A DNA stretch of 64,000 nt from a virus. Shown here in pieces: positions 26,731-36,877 of this stretch (position 1 is the first letter of the stretch; each line of letters opens with the position of its first letter). The notes beneath the pieces are model-generated. The model did no database searches. It was given only the letters and a program-made list of their open reading frames with translations, and was not told the origin of the DNA. The stretch covers positions 32,001 through 96,000 of IMG/VR virus record IMGVR_UViG_3300025133_008097. One strand, written 5' to 3'. The translations under genes and the position numbers were made by a program.

Positions 26731-29421
26731 ATGGGGGCATATTCTAACTTCTCTTTATTAGTTGAAGAGGACAACATAGGCATCAAACTAAGAGCATCCA
26801 AGAAACAATCGCCTTACTTTTTACATCCTCTGGTGCGCAATAGGTGGGGCACAAAAGACCTCCTCCGCGGCGCCCAAGGATATTATTTTGCCAAAGGGAG
26901 CTATAAGGGGCAGCCGCGGCTATTTGATTTTGTTAATCACCCATGGTACGGCCCCCGTATTAATCGCCCTCTGCAAGTTCCTGGCGGAGGAAGGTTTACT
27001 GATTCATATTTTACACTGTATGCCAACGACACGCCCTGGAATCAGGCGCCCACCAAAAAAGTGAAGAGTCAACTTGAAGATTATCTCTCAAAGCCTCAAA
27101 CGTCTGCACGAAAGGGTGATCCAAACTTTTATCAGTATTTGGCAGGAAATATTAGTGAGACGACATACTATAAGAGTAAACAACAGCCTATAGTTTCGCC
27201 CCTCTTAAAATTAGATACAAACTTTACCGATCACCATACGCACTACTATTATCCGCCCACCTCCAAAAGAGTGCTAGAAAAAAGTGATTATAATTTACAA
27301 GTAAATTCTTATTATAATTTTTATCTTGATACCTCTCCTCCCTATGAAACGGTAACGTCCAACGCCGGCGCCGGCGCAGAACTAGTGCTCCCCAATTTGT
27401 ACATGCTGGAATCTGACATACATAACACCGCTAGTGTAAACTACAGCGAGCAACTTACTTTAAACAATGCTAGTAATTTTTATGATGGACCGCAACTGGA
27501 TGTGTGGTTCTTAAAGCAAAACCAAACGAGTGCTGAGGGTAGCCAGTCGTATTATCAGCAGTTTTCTGAGACGCTAGGGCAATTGAACCGCTCTGGAGCC
27601 ATAAAAAAGGTCAAAGGGGCGTTTAAAAGAAAGTTTCGAAATGTTGTAGTTCTCTATCCTGATCTGGATATACTTAAAAAGTACATCATCAGGGATGACA
27701 AGGGCACACCAGGCGATACATCTGACGATGTGAAATCTACTTCTTTTTGTCCTTTTTATAATGAAGTTGTTGTTGGCTTTGACAAGAACGATGTTTTGGG
27801 GATTGGGGGTAAGCCTGGAGCACAGTCCTTTTTTACTTCGTTGTTTGCCTCCAAACTTGGCGCCGATGAGGTAAGAAGCTTTATAGTGATCCTACAATTG
27901 TATATCGTGGAGATGATGAGCGCCGGAAAGGTCGACCGCTTTCGGGGACAAAAATGGAGTCGGGAAGTAATTTCTCCCACCGGCGCCTGGCGCGCCTCCT
28001 TAACCAAGCTCGATGATAAGAGTGATGTGGTCTTTAAAATGCATGAGTTCCTCTATCGGTTAAGAAATAAGGAGTTGGACTATTTGTTGGATGTTTATAA
28101 TAAGTCTAAAGAAGAGGCGTCTCCAAATTCAAATTATACTATTCTGCGAGAGTGGGAAAAGGGAGGAGAGCTATTTCAGCTAAATATAAAAGATGCGATT
28201 AAAGTTGCAAACAGTGATGAGTTTGAAGAACTTCTAGAAGATAGAAAAAGAAATCTTGTTCAAGTATATAGGAATGCCGCAGCCCCCAGTGAGACGCTAA
28301 TGTATCTCATTGAAAAAAGAGTAAAGCCCACGGCAAAAGGTCTTCACGGCCCTCTTCTGCAGACAATGATTCTTTCAAAGGATGTTGTTTTTAGTGAACT
28401 GTTAAGATATATTGATACCCAAGTTAAATATGGAATAAGATATAAATATGAAATAAAACAAGTACGGGTAGTATTCGGAAATGAATATAGCTATGATAGT
28501 GTGGGCTTTGACTTCGGCCCCTCTAGGACAGGGGAAGGTCGTGCCGTAGGAAACGCTCTAGGATTTTATAAGCCGCCCGGGAACGCAACGGTTAACAACG
28601 AAGCTCCGAGTCTGCAATATGCATATCAGACACGCGGCAATCCTCAACGACGAGGAAAGTCTCAAGCAGGGAATTTTATATTTAGTCTTCCGAAGGCCAC
28701 GGTACAAAAATTAAAAAAGGAAAAGGTGTTGCCATCCTCTGTAAAAGGCGGAGTTACTTCTCCTGCAATTCAATACTATCGGGCAATACAAAAGGGAGTA
28801 GCCGATTTTTCTGGCTTGGTGGTAGAGCTGCATGCCGGCACCACCGCGAACAGCGGAATGACTGCACACACCATAGAGATCCCGTCAGACCTACAAGGCT
28901 CGTCGCGAAGGCTAACCAAGGCATTCAATGCCGACGACGAGCCTAATACTAACGCCAGTCCAATGCCCAATTACAAATATGCAATCGATCTTTTAAGTGG
29001 CGATGCTGTGGGAAGCCAGACAGAATTAGACCAAACAGTTAGAGAAATAGAGATTTATTTCCGAGGCATTATAGAGAGAAATGACCGCCAAAAGGTTAAC
29101 AAACTCTTGGAGTCTATGAGGAATATCCGCGATAATTTTGCACAGCCATTACCGGGGACACCCTCAGTGGTGGTAAGTGATGTTAGGTTTAATGCAGCCA
29201 CCACAATATATAATATGGTAGACAACAAGGTGCGAGACTTACTGAGTGTTGTTCCATCGGAGTCAGATATGAAAGAGGTGCCGACTCGCATGCCCCCCAT
29301 CCTGAAAGAGATTTTGGAGTCGGAGGGCGACGATCCGGCACAGCAAAGATCTATGGCCACCACATTTGGGGGCCCTAGAGGAAATAAGCGCAATACTCGG
29401 ATGAAGTTGAGGAAGATGTAA
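26731..29421 (+). CDS. hypothetical virion-module protein (896 aa)
   Basis: Long ORF. YIDTQVKYGIRYKYEI resembles the Y.D..V..G..Y.Y strand of FN3/Ig-like folds; basic C-terminus. Confidence 0.7.
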   Translation: MGAYSNFSLLVEEDNIGIKLRASKKQSPYFLHPLVRNRWGTKDLLRGAQGYYFAKGSYKGQPRLFDFVNHPWYGPRINRPLQVPGGGRFTDSYFTLYANDTPWNQAPTKKVKSQLEDYLSKPQTSARKGDPNFYQYLAGNISETTYYKSKQQPIVSPLLKLDTNFTDHHTHYYYPPTSKRVLEKSDYNLQVNSYYNFYLDTSPPYETVTSNAGAGAELVLPNLYMLESDIHNTASVNYSEQLTLNNASNFYDGPQLDVWFLKQNQTSAEGSQSYYQQFSETLGQLNRSGAIKKVKGAFKRKFRNVVVLYPDLDILKKYIIRDDKGTPGDTSDDVKSTSFCPFYNEVVVGFDKNDVLGIGGKPGAQSFFTSLFASKLGADEVRSFIVILQLYIVEMMSAGKVDRFRGQKWSREVISPTGAWRASLTKLDDKSDVVFKMHEFLYRLRNKELDYLLDVYNKSKEEASPNSNYTILREWEKGGELFQLNIKDAIKVANSDEFEELLEDRKRNLVQVYRNAAAPSETLMYLIEKRVKPTAKGLHGPLLQTMILSKDVVFSELLRYIDTQVKYGIRYKYEIKQVRVVFGNEYSYDSVGFDFGPSRTGEGRAVGNALGFYKPPGNATVNNEAPSLQYAYQTRGNPQRRGKSQAGNFIFSLPKATVQKLKKEKVLPSSVKGGVTSPAIQYYRAIQKGVADFSGLVVELHAGTTANSGMTAHTIEIPSDLQGSSRRLTKAFNADDEPNTNASPMPNYKYAIDLLSGDAVGSQTELDQTVREIEIYFRGIIERNDRQKVNKLLESMRNIRDNFAQPLPGTPSVVVSDVRFNAATTIYNMVDNKVRDLLSVVPSESDMKEVPTRMPPILKEILESEGDDPAQQRSMATTFGGPRGNKRNTRMKLRKM

Positions 29422-29424
29422 AAT

Positions 29425-30747
29425 ATGGCAATCAAATCAATTAATTGGTGGCTAGACATCGAAGAGTATGAGGGAAATGCTCTGGCCAACTCCTTTTCTG
29501 CAGGCCCAATCGTAAGATCTTGGGACGAAACAAATGCGGCAGATCCTCAGAAGTTCATGACAATTCAGGAACTGGTCGATGAGATAAATGAATTGTTTGT
29601 GCACGCCTGGGACGAGGGCAATGGCGACACTCAAAACCTATATGAAGTTATTCCCACCTTGGTTTCCACTAGCGAGACTGTGCAAGGCAGCACCGCCGGG
29701 CAAGCTACCATTCGGTTTGAGTTTATTCGGAAGTATCCCATTTATGCCCCCGGCGCCGCGGCCCAGAAAACATTTAAAATAGCTCTAGAGAGCGGCCCTC
29801 ACGGAGCTGCCACGCTGCAGCCCCAATCCCCTAAGCTTCCCGCTGCTAGAGTAGCATATACCAACGAAGAAAGCGTGCAAGGACTCACGCTCCCCTATTG
29901 GTCTGAGAATACCGTAATAACAGATAAACCTCCTATCGCTCCTGATGTGGTTTTTGTACCCTTCTTGGGAGTGAGCAATAAGATTTTATTGTTGCTTGAT
30001 GGCAATATGGGAGACTTGAATCTGAAGCCCATAATAATAAAGGATACTGATAGCTCTTTTATGGTCGAGGAACTTTTTTCCCAACTTAAATTGTCTGTAC
30101 CCCAATCTGATGTGCGCAATTATGTAAAAACTAAAGATGTTGAACTAAACTATCGCAGCGACGATCCTATAAGAAGCTATCAAATCTTTAGACTGCGGAA
30201 AAAGCCCACTTCATACGAGGACTTTAATACCCCTAGAAACCCGATCGCGACAATCTCGGAAGTCATAGCGCCCAACAAACCATCTACACCAGCGACACAC
30301 TTAAGCACCATCCGGCCCAACACTAAATATTATTATTGTGTGAGAGGGATCGATATCCATAATAACATTTCTAACCCTACAGAGGTGTTTGAAGTAGAAA
30401 TGGTGGACAATAATGGTCAAATTTTTTATACTATGAAGACCTACGATATGGTTCCTGCACCCCCGGATAACTGCACCATGACGGGCCGGCGCTTCATTTA
30501 TATTGCACCGGCACCACAACAGGCGGTCTTCGACAGAGAGACATTTATGAGTTCGAACGCTATAAAAGATAAACCAGAGAATATAAAAATAACTGATTTA
30601 CCGCCGGAAAATGTGTTAGGATATCTACCAGAAGATGCTTCACCGGTGTGGGATAAAAAATTCAAGGTTAGAGTAACCAGCTCAAAAACTGGTAAGAAAT
30701 TTGATTTGAACATTACTGTTAAAAACAGTGGAGTTAATAATCCATAG
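29425..30747 (+). CDS. hypothetical virion protein with FN3-like segment
   Basis: DKPPIAPDV...YQIFRL...IRPNTKYYYCVRGIDIHNNISNPTEV is an FN3-like pattern; same frame as the upstream ORF, 3 nt after its stop. Confidence 0.65.
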   Translation: MAIKSINWWLDIEEYEGNALANSFSAGPIVRSWDETNAADPQKFMTIQELVDEINELFVHAWDEGNGDTQNLYEVIPTLVSTSETVQGSTAGQATIRFEFIRKYPIYAPGAAAQKTFKIALESGPHGAATLQPQSPKLPAARVAYTNEESVQGLTLPYWSENTVITDKPPIAPDVVFVPFLGVSNKILLLLDGNMGDLNLKPIIIKDTDSSFMVEELFSQLKLSVPQSDVRNYVKTKDVELNYRSDDPIRSYQIFRLRKKPTSYEDFNTPRNPIATISEVIAPNKPSTPATHLSTIRPNTKYYYCVRGIDIHNNISNPTEVFEVEMVDNNGQIFYTMKTYDMVPAPPDNCTMTGRRFIYIAPAPQQAVFDRETFMSSNAIKDKPENIKITDLPPENVLGYLPEDASPVWDKKFKVRVTSSKTGKKFDLNITVKNSGVNNP

Positions 30748-30766
30748 GAATAATTGCTATTTTGTA

Positions 30767-30774
30767 ACTATTTA
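30767..30774 (+). promoter_or_regulatory. putative late promoter motif ACTATTTA
   Basis: Intergenic, 17 nt upstream of the ATG at 30792, followed by an AGAGGAG RBS. Confidence 0.55.
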
Positions 30775-30791
30775 AGAGGAGAGGAAAAAAT

Positions 30792-31745
30792 ATGGGATTC
30801 TTGCAAAACGATGGCGACATCATCTTAGATGCCGTCTTAACTGATACCGGAAGGATGAGGCTCGCCAAAGGCGATGGGAGCTTCAAAATTTCTAAGTTCG
30901 CCTTGGGCGACGACGAAATTAATTATAGCTTGTATGATAAGAACAACACTAGCGGTTCGGCATACTATGATTTAACAATTTTACAAACGCCAGTGTTGGA
31001 GGCATTTACGAACAATACCTCAACCATGAAGTCGAAATTAGTTTCAATTAATAGAAATGATATTTTATATCTTCCTGTGTTGGAACTTTATACTACTGCA
31101 GGGAAGGGTTCTGCTAAGAATGCGAACGGCACCTTCAATGTCGCTGTTGATAAAAACACCGTGGATACTCTCGTGACGCCAGGTACCGGTATCCTAAATG
31201 GATTTAAGCCCAACGATGATGCTTCCCGAATAGAAGTCCACCAGGGGCTCGATACAACCGAACTCTCCAACGAAGAGCCTCTCTCTCGTGACTTGGTCGA
31301 GGTTGCCTACATTGTTGAAATTGACAATAGGTTTGGAGCTATTTTTCCACCGCCTGGCGGAGTCTCTAGTAATGTGCTAGAAACAGACACCCAAAGCCCT
31401 GCGGCAACACCATCATTTATTGATGATGATAACATTGCGTCTTATTATTTTACTTTACGCAACACCAATGGCTTTGTATCTAACCTAGGCGGCACCGAAG
31501 ACTCCTCCATCGCCGGTCCCCGCGGCACAAAACTAGGATTGAGAATTATGTCGAGTCTCGAATTGCGAACCAGTGACTATTTGTTTACCCAGCTTGGTAC
31601 ACTAGCAACATCGGCTCTCACCAACGATGCCGGGACGAATCTCAGTTCCGCCAATTATCGATTCATTGACACAAGCGTTCGTATAACGGGCGTTAACACA
31701 GGGTATAGGATTGACATTCCAGTTCGGTTTGTAAGATCGGTATAG
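30792..31745 (+). CDS. baseplate/fibre-attachment protein with gpH/DUF3751 N-terminal-like motif
   Basis: DAVLTDTGRMRLAKGDGSFKISKFALGDDEINY resembles the first half of the P2 gpH N-terminal domain (T..G...LA....I...A.GD). Confidence 0.6.
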   Translation: MGFLQNDGDIILDAVLTDTGRMRLAKGDGSFKISKFALGDDEINYSLYDKNNTSGSAYYDLTILQTPVLEAFTNNTSTMKSKLVSINRNDILYLPVLELYTTAGKGSAKNANGTFNVAVDKNTVDTLVTPGTGILNGFKPNDDASRIEVHQGLDTTELSNEEPLSRDLVEVAYIVEIDNRFGAIFPPPGGVSSNVLETDTQSPAATPSFIDDDNIASYYFTLRNTNGFVSNLGGTEDSSIAGPRGTKLGLRIMSSLELRTSDYLFTQLGTLATSALTNDAGTNLSSANYRFIDTSVRITGVNTGYRIDIPVRFVRSV

Positions 31746-31760
31746 GAAGAAGGATAAACC

Positions 31761-32906
31761 ATGGCCACCACATTTAAATCTCTACGTTCGAAAGACGTTG
31801 TTTCCACTCGGACGATGCTTCACGAAGCGATCCCGGTTACGGGAACGATTGTTTCCGGAACGTACAATGATCTAAACATCAAAAACTATGCTCACGGAAT
31901 ATTCCAGTCAGTTTTTGATTACCCATACTTAAGTTCGTCGGCGAATCATATTTTTGATATCACCGCTGGCTACTCGAATGGCTCCGCGTGTTCTGCCTCG
32001 AACAACACTCAGAATTCTAAAAAGGTTAATATTTATAATGAGTTGGCCCAGATTTTAGTCGGGTTTGACGAAACCGGATCTGTGAGAAAGTTTGATGAAG
32101 ATGGTGATCTTACTGGCGGCACGAAGCTCCGCGAGTGTTACTTTCTTAATTTTTCGCGGCTTCTTCAAAAAGATGAGATCAAGAAAGGAAGTTTTACTCT
32201 GGAGCTGGGAACAAGCGCCTCAGCTAATTCCTTTGCAACGCGTATCATGTTGCAAGATGTGAGTGCGTCCGATCAATATAAAGTTAACTCCCCCGCCGGC
32301 GAATACGGAATTCTTTATGCCAACAACTCTGCCGGATCTACATTGAAGAATCCTGCTGCCACGACTACATCTATCAAGGCCGGCCTGATTTTTTATCAAG
32401 CCGGAATCGTGGCAATTACCGCTTCCCTGTTTTCAGGCTCTGTAGAAGGTAGCGCGCATGCGACCGGCCTGGACGATCCGGGCCTGTTATCTCAGTCTCT
32501 TACTGGTGTACACCTATCTCCAAACTATACGGCGGACGATCTTCCTTTAGTGAGTGGCTCCAACCCGATCCAGTCAGTTTTAAGTGGCGCTGCCATCTCA
32601 GGCAATTGTGATGTTCTGCGTCGCAGGATTTACAACATTCAGTTTAATAATACTACAGAGCTTAATTCAACCATTTACTTCTGTCGTGCAAATCATAATG
32701 AGTTCAACTATTCGGCGAATCCTACATATTTAAGCGCCAGTAAATTGGTTGTTAAGAATAACTCTCAAGACACCCCGGTTTCTTATGCTACTTCGGTTGG
32801 GCTTTATTCGCCCGATAACGAGTTAATGGCAGTTGCAAAACTGTCGGAACCAATGAAGAAGGACCCGTCTAATGAATTCACGGTTCGGGTACGGTTGGAT
32901 TATTAG
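31761..32906 (+). CDS. baseplate/fibre-attachment protein with gpH/DUF3751 C-half-like motif
   Basis: C-terminus SVGLYSPDNELMAVAKLSEPMKKDPSNEFTVRVRLDY resembles the second half of that domain (ELGLYD..G.LIAVA). Confidence 0.6.
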   Translation: MATTFKSLRSKDVVSTRTMLHEAIPVTGTIVSGTYNDLNIKNYAHGIFQSVFDYPYLSSSANHIFDITAGYSNGSACSASNNTQNSKKVNIYNELAQILVGFDETGSVRKFDEDGDLTGGTKLRECYFLNFSRLLQKDEIKKGSFTLELGTSASANSFATRIMLQDVSASDQYKVNSPAGEYGILYANNSAGSTLKNPAATTTSIKAGLIFYQAGIVAITASLFSGSVEGSAHATGLDDPGLLSQSLTGVHLSPNYTADDLPLVSGSNPIQSVLSGAAISGNCDVLRRRIYNIQFNNTTELNSTIYFCRANHNEFNYSANPTYLSASKLVVKNNSQDTPVSYATSVGLYSPDNELMAVAKLSEPMKKDPSNEFTVRVRLDY

Positions 32907-32914
32907 GACATGGC

Positions 32915-34177
32915 ATGCCCCACTTCTTTCGTAAGTTTCGCCGTAGCGATGTTTACATTAATACGATAAAGACTTACCCTGAAGTAAAGTTTTCAATTTA
33001 TGGGGGAGCCGCTTATTACAATAATGCACCCATAGTCTCGGGGGCCTTCACAGGGTCGGTGTTATTAAGCAACCCTTCCGGCGCAATCAGCCTCTACGAA
33101 ATGAATGTAGATCGTTTTGAGACCGAAGGTCAGGCGTTTGGTCCCAACAATGTAGAAAATAATAATTTAGTTCGACCATGGGTTTCTAAGGACGGCTCTA
33201 GAATGGCCTTCCGAACTACTACGAAAGCTGGTTTTAATGCCGCAAGCGTGGGGGACATTATGTATTCCACTTTTCCTCTTACTGCTTCTATTAAAAAAGA
33301 CTTTTATGCCTCCTCTGATGCGAGAAGCGTCGCGCCGTCATTTACCAAGAGCGGCGGAACCGGAATCGCGGTTTCTGCTAATGGGTCCGTTACTCGAATC
33401 CTAGCCCTTAAAAATACGATTAATTATTACAACTATGTTAATCCTGAATTCACTTACTCCAATACAGCACGAAATTTCGATAGTGTAGATGTTGGCCTCA
33501 TTAGTGTTCCAAGTATTTTTTATGGCAGCAGGTTTAAGAAAGGCACTATAAATCTTAAGTTTTATTATACGGGCTCTTTGTTTGCTCAAGCCCGCGATAC
33601 TGCGCAAAATGGAGTGTTGTATGAAACAATGGGCCCCCGGACGGGAAGCCCAATTGGTTTGGTTCTCTATCGTGAGGGAATGATTATATTGACAGGAGCA
33701 TATGACCTGGCCTCAGGCGGCGAGACAGATCTTTACCAAGGCGCCACCGCCGGCCAGAAGAGTCCCAAGTGGGTTTACTTTGGGGCAGGCGCCCAACAAG
33801 CCGGCGTCTCTCCTCCCTACTCTTCTTTCTTAATGGAAATGAGCGGTACGGCGGATGTGCAGACCGTTACAATGTTCGCGACAGCACCCAAAGGACAGCT
33901 AAATCACTCAAATAATCCTAGTTATGTTCAGTTTTCAACCGCGAGTCATGTTACTACTGGGTCGCATGCTTATCTTCAAGACCAGAAAAGAGTCATTAAA
34001 AATATTGTGTCCTCCTCCTATATCACCCCAACCGCCTCCTTTCAAAAAACAACGTATATTTCAAAAATTGGAATTTACGACGAGAACGAAAACTTGATCG
34101 CAATTGCAAAGCCGGCCACCCCGATTAAAAAAGAAGCAGACCGCGATTTTACGTTTAAGCTAAAAATAGATATATAA
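32915..34177 (+). CDS. paralogue of the 31761 ORF, baseplate/fibre-attachment protein
   Basis: C-terminus SKIGIYDENENLIAIAKPATPIKKEADRDFTFKLKIDI aligns by eye with the 31761 C-terminus; both N-termini start with F[KR]..R..DV. Confidence 0.6.
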   Translation: MPHFFRKFRRSDVYINTIKTYPEVKFSIYGGAAYYNNAPIVSGAFTGSVLLSNPSGAISLYEMNVDRFETEGQAFGPNNVENNNLVRPWVSKDGSRMAFRTTTKAGFNAASVGDIMYSTFPLTASIKKDFYASSDARSVAPSFTKSGGTGIAVSANGSVTRILALKNTINYYNYVNPEFTYSNTARNFDSVDVGLISVPSIFYGSRFKKGTINLKFYYTGSLFAQARDTAQNGVLYETMGPRTGSPIGLVLYREGMIILTGAYDLASGGETDLYQGATAGQKSPKWVYFGAGAQQAGVSPPYSSFLMEMSGTADVQTVTMFATAPKGQLNHSNNPSYVQFSTASHVTTGSHAYLQDQKRVIKNIVSSSYITPTASFQKTTYISKIGIYDENENLIAIAKPATPIKKEADRDFTFKLKIDI

Positions 34178-34192
34178 ACCTTGTCGTAGTTT

Positions 34193-34201
34193 TGGTACAA
34201 T
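34193..34201 (+). promoter_or_regulatory. extended -10 sigma70-type promoter (TGnTACAAT)
   Basis: TGGTACAAT in the 30-nt intergenic gap, ending 6 nt before the ATG at 34208; no RBS in between. Confidence 0.55.
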
Positions 34202-34207
34202 GACTCT

Positions 34208-34741
34208 ATGATTTTAGGACTCGACATATCCACTAGTATAACTGGTTACACCATATTAGACCATGAAGGCAACATCGTCGCCTGTGATCACATTGATTTA
34301 CGCAAAGAGAAGAATTTCTTTAAGAAGGTGCGGACTATAAATTCACGCCTAGAGACGATAGCCCATGCATATGAGGTAGAACAGGTCTACATTGAGCAAT
34401 CGCTCCAGTCTTTCCGCTCCGGTTTTTCATCAGCCCAAACCCTCTCCTTGCTTTCAAAAATTAATGGCATTGTCTCGTGGTTATGTTATAATATGTTTTA
34501 TGGCGAACCCAAGTACTTAGCCGCCACTTCTGCTCGCAAACTATGTGGGATCAAAATCCCTCGCGGCCAGAAAGCAAAAAAGGTTTCATTACAGTTTGTA
34601 CTTGACAACGTGCCTGGTTTTGAGATAGAATATACAAGACATGGAAATCCAAAGGCTGGTTATGCCGACCGGTCGGATAGCTATGTTATTGCAAGGGCAG
34701 GCTGGATCCGTGAAAGAGAAGAAGCTAAAGATACTGACTAA
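34208..34741 (+). CDS. ruvC: RuvC-like Holliday junction resolvase
   Basis: MILGLDIS (catalytic D in strand 1), VYIEQ (catalytic E) and C-terminal DRSDSYVIA (two Asp); RNase H-fold RuvC layout, 177 aa. Confidence 0.8.
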   Translation: MILGLDISTSITGYTILDHEGNIVACDHIDLRKEKNFFKKVRTINSRLETIAHAYEVEQVYIEQSLQSFRSGFSSAQTLSLLSKINGIVSWLCYNMFYGEPKYLAATSARKLCGIKIPRGQKAKKVSLQFVLDNVPGFEIEYTRHGNPKAGYADRSDSYVIARAGWIREREEAKDTD

Positions 34742-35645
34742 TGTGTTGGGGACCGGCTACCGGACCAACAATGAATATCTTTTTAAATGCCCCTACTGCG
34801 AACATCACAAGCGCAAATTCTCTGTAAATCTAGATAAGGGCTACTATAAATGCTGGGTGTGCGACACCCGTGGCAAGAATATCTATCGTGTTGTTCGCCG
34901 TTTTGGCACGAACCACGACAAGTCGCAATGGCGAGATTTCACTTCTGAGATTGATTTTGATCAACTCGAAGATTTATTCGGCGAGAAAATAGAAGAAAAA
35001 CAGATACTTGAGATGCCCGAAGGGTTTATCTCTCTCGCAAACAGAGAGATGCCACCTACCGGCTTTGCTGCAATGAACTACCTACGCCATCGCGGCATCA
35101 CTAAGCAAGACATTGTTTGGTGGAAGATGGGATACTGCACCAAGGGAGAATACGAGGGCAGAATCATAATTCCATCGTTCGATGATGAAGGAGACTTGAG
35201 CTATTTTGTATCCCGATCTTATGATCGATCCTATTATCCTAAGTATAAGAACCCTCCGGCAAGCCGTAATATTATATTCAACGATTTGTTTGTGGATTGG
35301 AGTTCGGACATTATCCTGGTCGAAGGGATTTTTGATGCGATTAATGCAGGCCGTAATGCGGTCCCTATTCTTGGCTCTACATTAAATCAGAACTCTGTCC
35401 TGCTTCGTAAGATCGTTAAAGAGGACGCTGGAGTGTATGTTGCACTCGATCCCGACGCCACAAAGAAAGAGCTTGAGATTATAAAGACTTTGTTGGATTT
35501 TGATATTGAGGTTTGGAAGGTAAATATCGGCGACAACGAGGATGTTGGCTCGATGAAAAAGGAACAATTCCAGAAATGCTTGGAAAATGCGACCCTTATC
35601 ACTCCAGACAACTATTTATTGTTGACACTTGCCATGTCTGTCTAG
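34710..35645 (+). CDS. DNA primase (zinc-binding domain plus TOPRIM)
   Basis: CPYC...CWVC zinc motif, RIIIPSFD...RS...KYKNP, TOPRIM ILVEGIFD and ALDPDA. Start moved to the in-frame GTG at 34710; the track starts at 34641. Confidence 0.88.
   Translation: MKEKKLKILTNVLGTGYRTNNEYLFKCPYCEHHKRKFSVNLDKGYYKCWVCDTRGKNIYRVVRRFGTNHDKSQWRDFTSEIDFDQLEDLFGEKIEEKQILEMPEGFISLANREMPPTGFAAMNYLRHRGITKQDIVWWKMGYCTKGEYEGRIIIPSFDDEGDLSYFVSRSYDRSYYPKYKNPPASRNIIFNDLFVDWSSDIILVEGIFDAINAGRNAVPILGSTLNQNSVLLRKIVKEDAGVYVALDPDATKKELEIIKTLLDFDIEVWKVNIGDNEDVGSMKKEQFQKCLENATLITPDNYLLLTLAMSV
35611..35618 (+). promoter_or_regulatory. putative late promoter motif ACTATTTA
   Basis: Inside the primase 3' end, 34 nt upstream of the ATG at 35653 that opens the small-gene cluster. 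Confidence 0.5.
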
Positions 35646-35652
35646 GAGCCCA

Positions 35653-36018
35653 ATGAAACTAATAATGGAAAACTGGAAGAAGTTTTTGTCTGAGAGAGTA
35701 GAATTAGAAGATCTGCCCATCGGACCACAGCCTCTTCGGTTGCACAAAGAAGCCAATGCCCAGATTATTTTGGCTAAGGATAATCCGGGTCTTTTTGACC
35801 GGTCAAACGATCAATTTTGGTCCGAGGATCCCGGGAAGATCGAGTACTATAAAGAAAGGGGCCGGGACATCACCCAAGACGACATCGACCGCGGCTTCTT
35901 CCGCGGGTGGAATGACGAACTAACGGTTGTAAATCAGGATGGCGAGATAGTGGTGGGTAGCATCGAAAGCGAGTATGCTGACCTCGACCTCATCGTCGTA
36001 GCGCCGGCGCCCCAGTAA
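35653..36018 (+). CDS. small hypothetical protein with MKLIMENWKKFLSE leader
   Basis: AGGAG RBS at 35644-35648 supports ATG 35653 rather than 35629; amphipathic leader ending in LSE. Confidence 0.7.
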   Translation: MKLIMENWKKFLSERVELEDLPIGPQPLRLHKEANAQIILAKDNPGLFDRSNDQFWSEDPGKIEYYKERGRDITQDDIDRGFFRGWNDELTVVNQDGEIVVGSIESEYADLDLIVVAPAPQ

Positions 36019-36020
36019 AA

Positions 36021-36515
36021 ATGAAAATCTCAACTGCCCGCTTAAAGCAAATCATCCACGAGGAACTCTTTTATCGAGAGTTTCATCGCAAGACAGAACA
36101 ACTCACGGAAGTAGAGTCAGAAAAACAGCGCCGTTATATGTGCGCAATGAAGGATTCGGACGACCGCCCGGAAGGCCTCTCGAAAGCAGAAGCAGAAGAA
36201 ATGTGCACCGGACCAATGAAAGAAGCCAACCCGGCCCATCCGCGGGGATGGGAGCCACTCCCTCGTGGAGGCGACCCCGCGGCAAAGTTCCTTCAGAAGC
36301 TCAAGGCGGAAAAAGCAGCGATTGCGGCTGCAGCTGAGAGAAAAAAAAGAGGAGAAGCCTCGACACCAGCTAGCACCACCAATCTCAAGCGCTTTGATCG
36401 CGCCGCTCCTGAAGAAAAAGATCCGGAAAATGTTGGACTTGATACGCTGGAGATGACGGAAAAAGAGTATGAACAGTGGCGCGCCCGAGGATTCTTCGAT
36501 AAGGATAAGTTTTAA
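36021..36515 (+). CDS. small protein with conserved leader MKISTARLKQIIHEEL (putative capsid-internal protein)
   Basis: Leader shared with several other ORFs; highly charged body. Confidence 0.7.
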   Translation: MKISTARLKQIIHEELFYREFHRKTEQLTEVESEKQRRYMCAMKDSDDRPEGLSKAEAEEMCTGPMKEANPAHPRGWEPLPRGGDPAAKFLQKLKAEKAAIAAAAERKKRGEASTPASTTNLKRFDRAAPEEKDPENVGLDTLEMTEKEYEQWRARGFFDKDKF

Positions 36516-36529
36516 AAGGAACAAATAAA

Positions 36530-36877
36530 ATGAAAATCACCAAACAAAGACTAAAAGAGATTATCAAGGAAGAGCTTAATGAAGCCTCCAACCCGGAATG
36601 GGAGTCGGCCGACAAGATCCTCAGAGGTCTAGTATATCTGGCACAGGACCTAGAGGACAGCTCCAACGCTGACCCAGCAGGGCTTGCATTCGCAATCGTC
36701 GGAAAACTCCGCGAAGCCGTTGATGCTATGGAGCGACGCTTAAACGAGAAGTTTGCAGAGGTAGAAGACGAGGTTTCGGACGAAGAGGCTCTGGTACTCA
36801 AAGGGCCCCAGTTCGATCCACTTGGAGACTCTCTCCCTGCGCGCCGCCAGCGAGCATCAGTCCGGGGTCGGAAATAA
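36530..36877 (+). CDS. small protein with conserved leader MKITKQRLKEIIKEEL (putative capsid-internal protein)
   Basis: AAGGA RBS; first 16 aa identical to the 36877 ORF. Confidence 0.75.
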   Translation: MKITKQRLKEIIKEELNEASNPEWESADKILRGLVYLAQDLEDSSNADPAGLAFAIVGKLREAVDAMERRLNEKFAEVEDEVSDEEALVLKGPQFDPLGDSLPARRQRASVRGRK

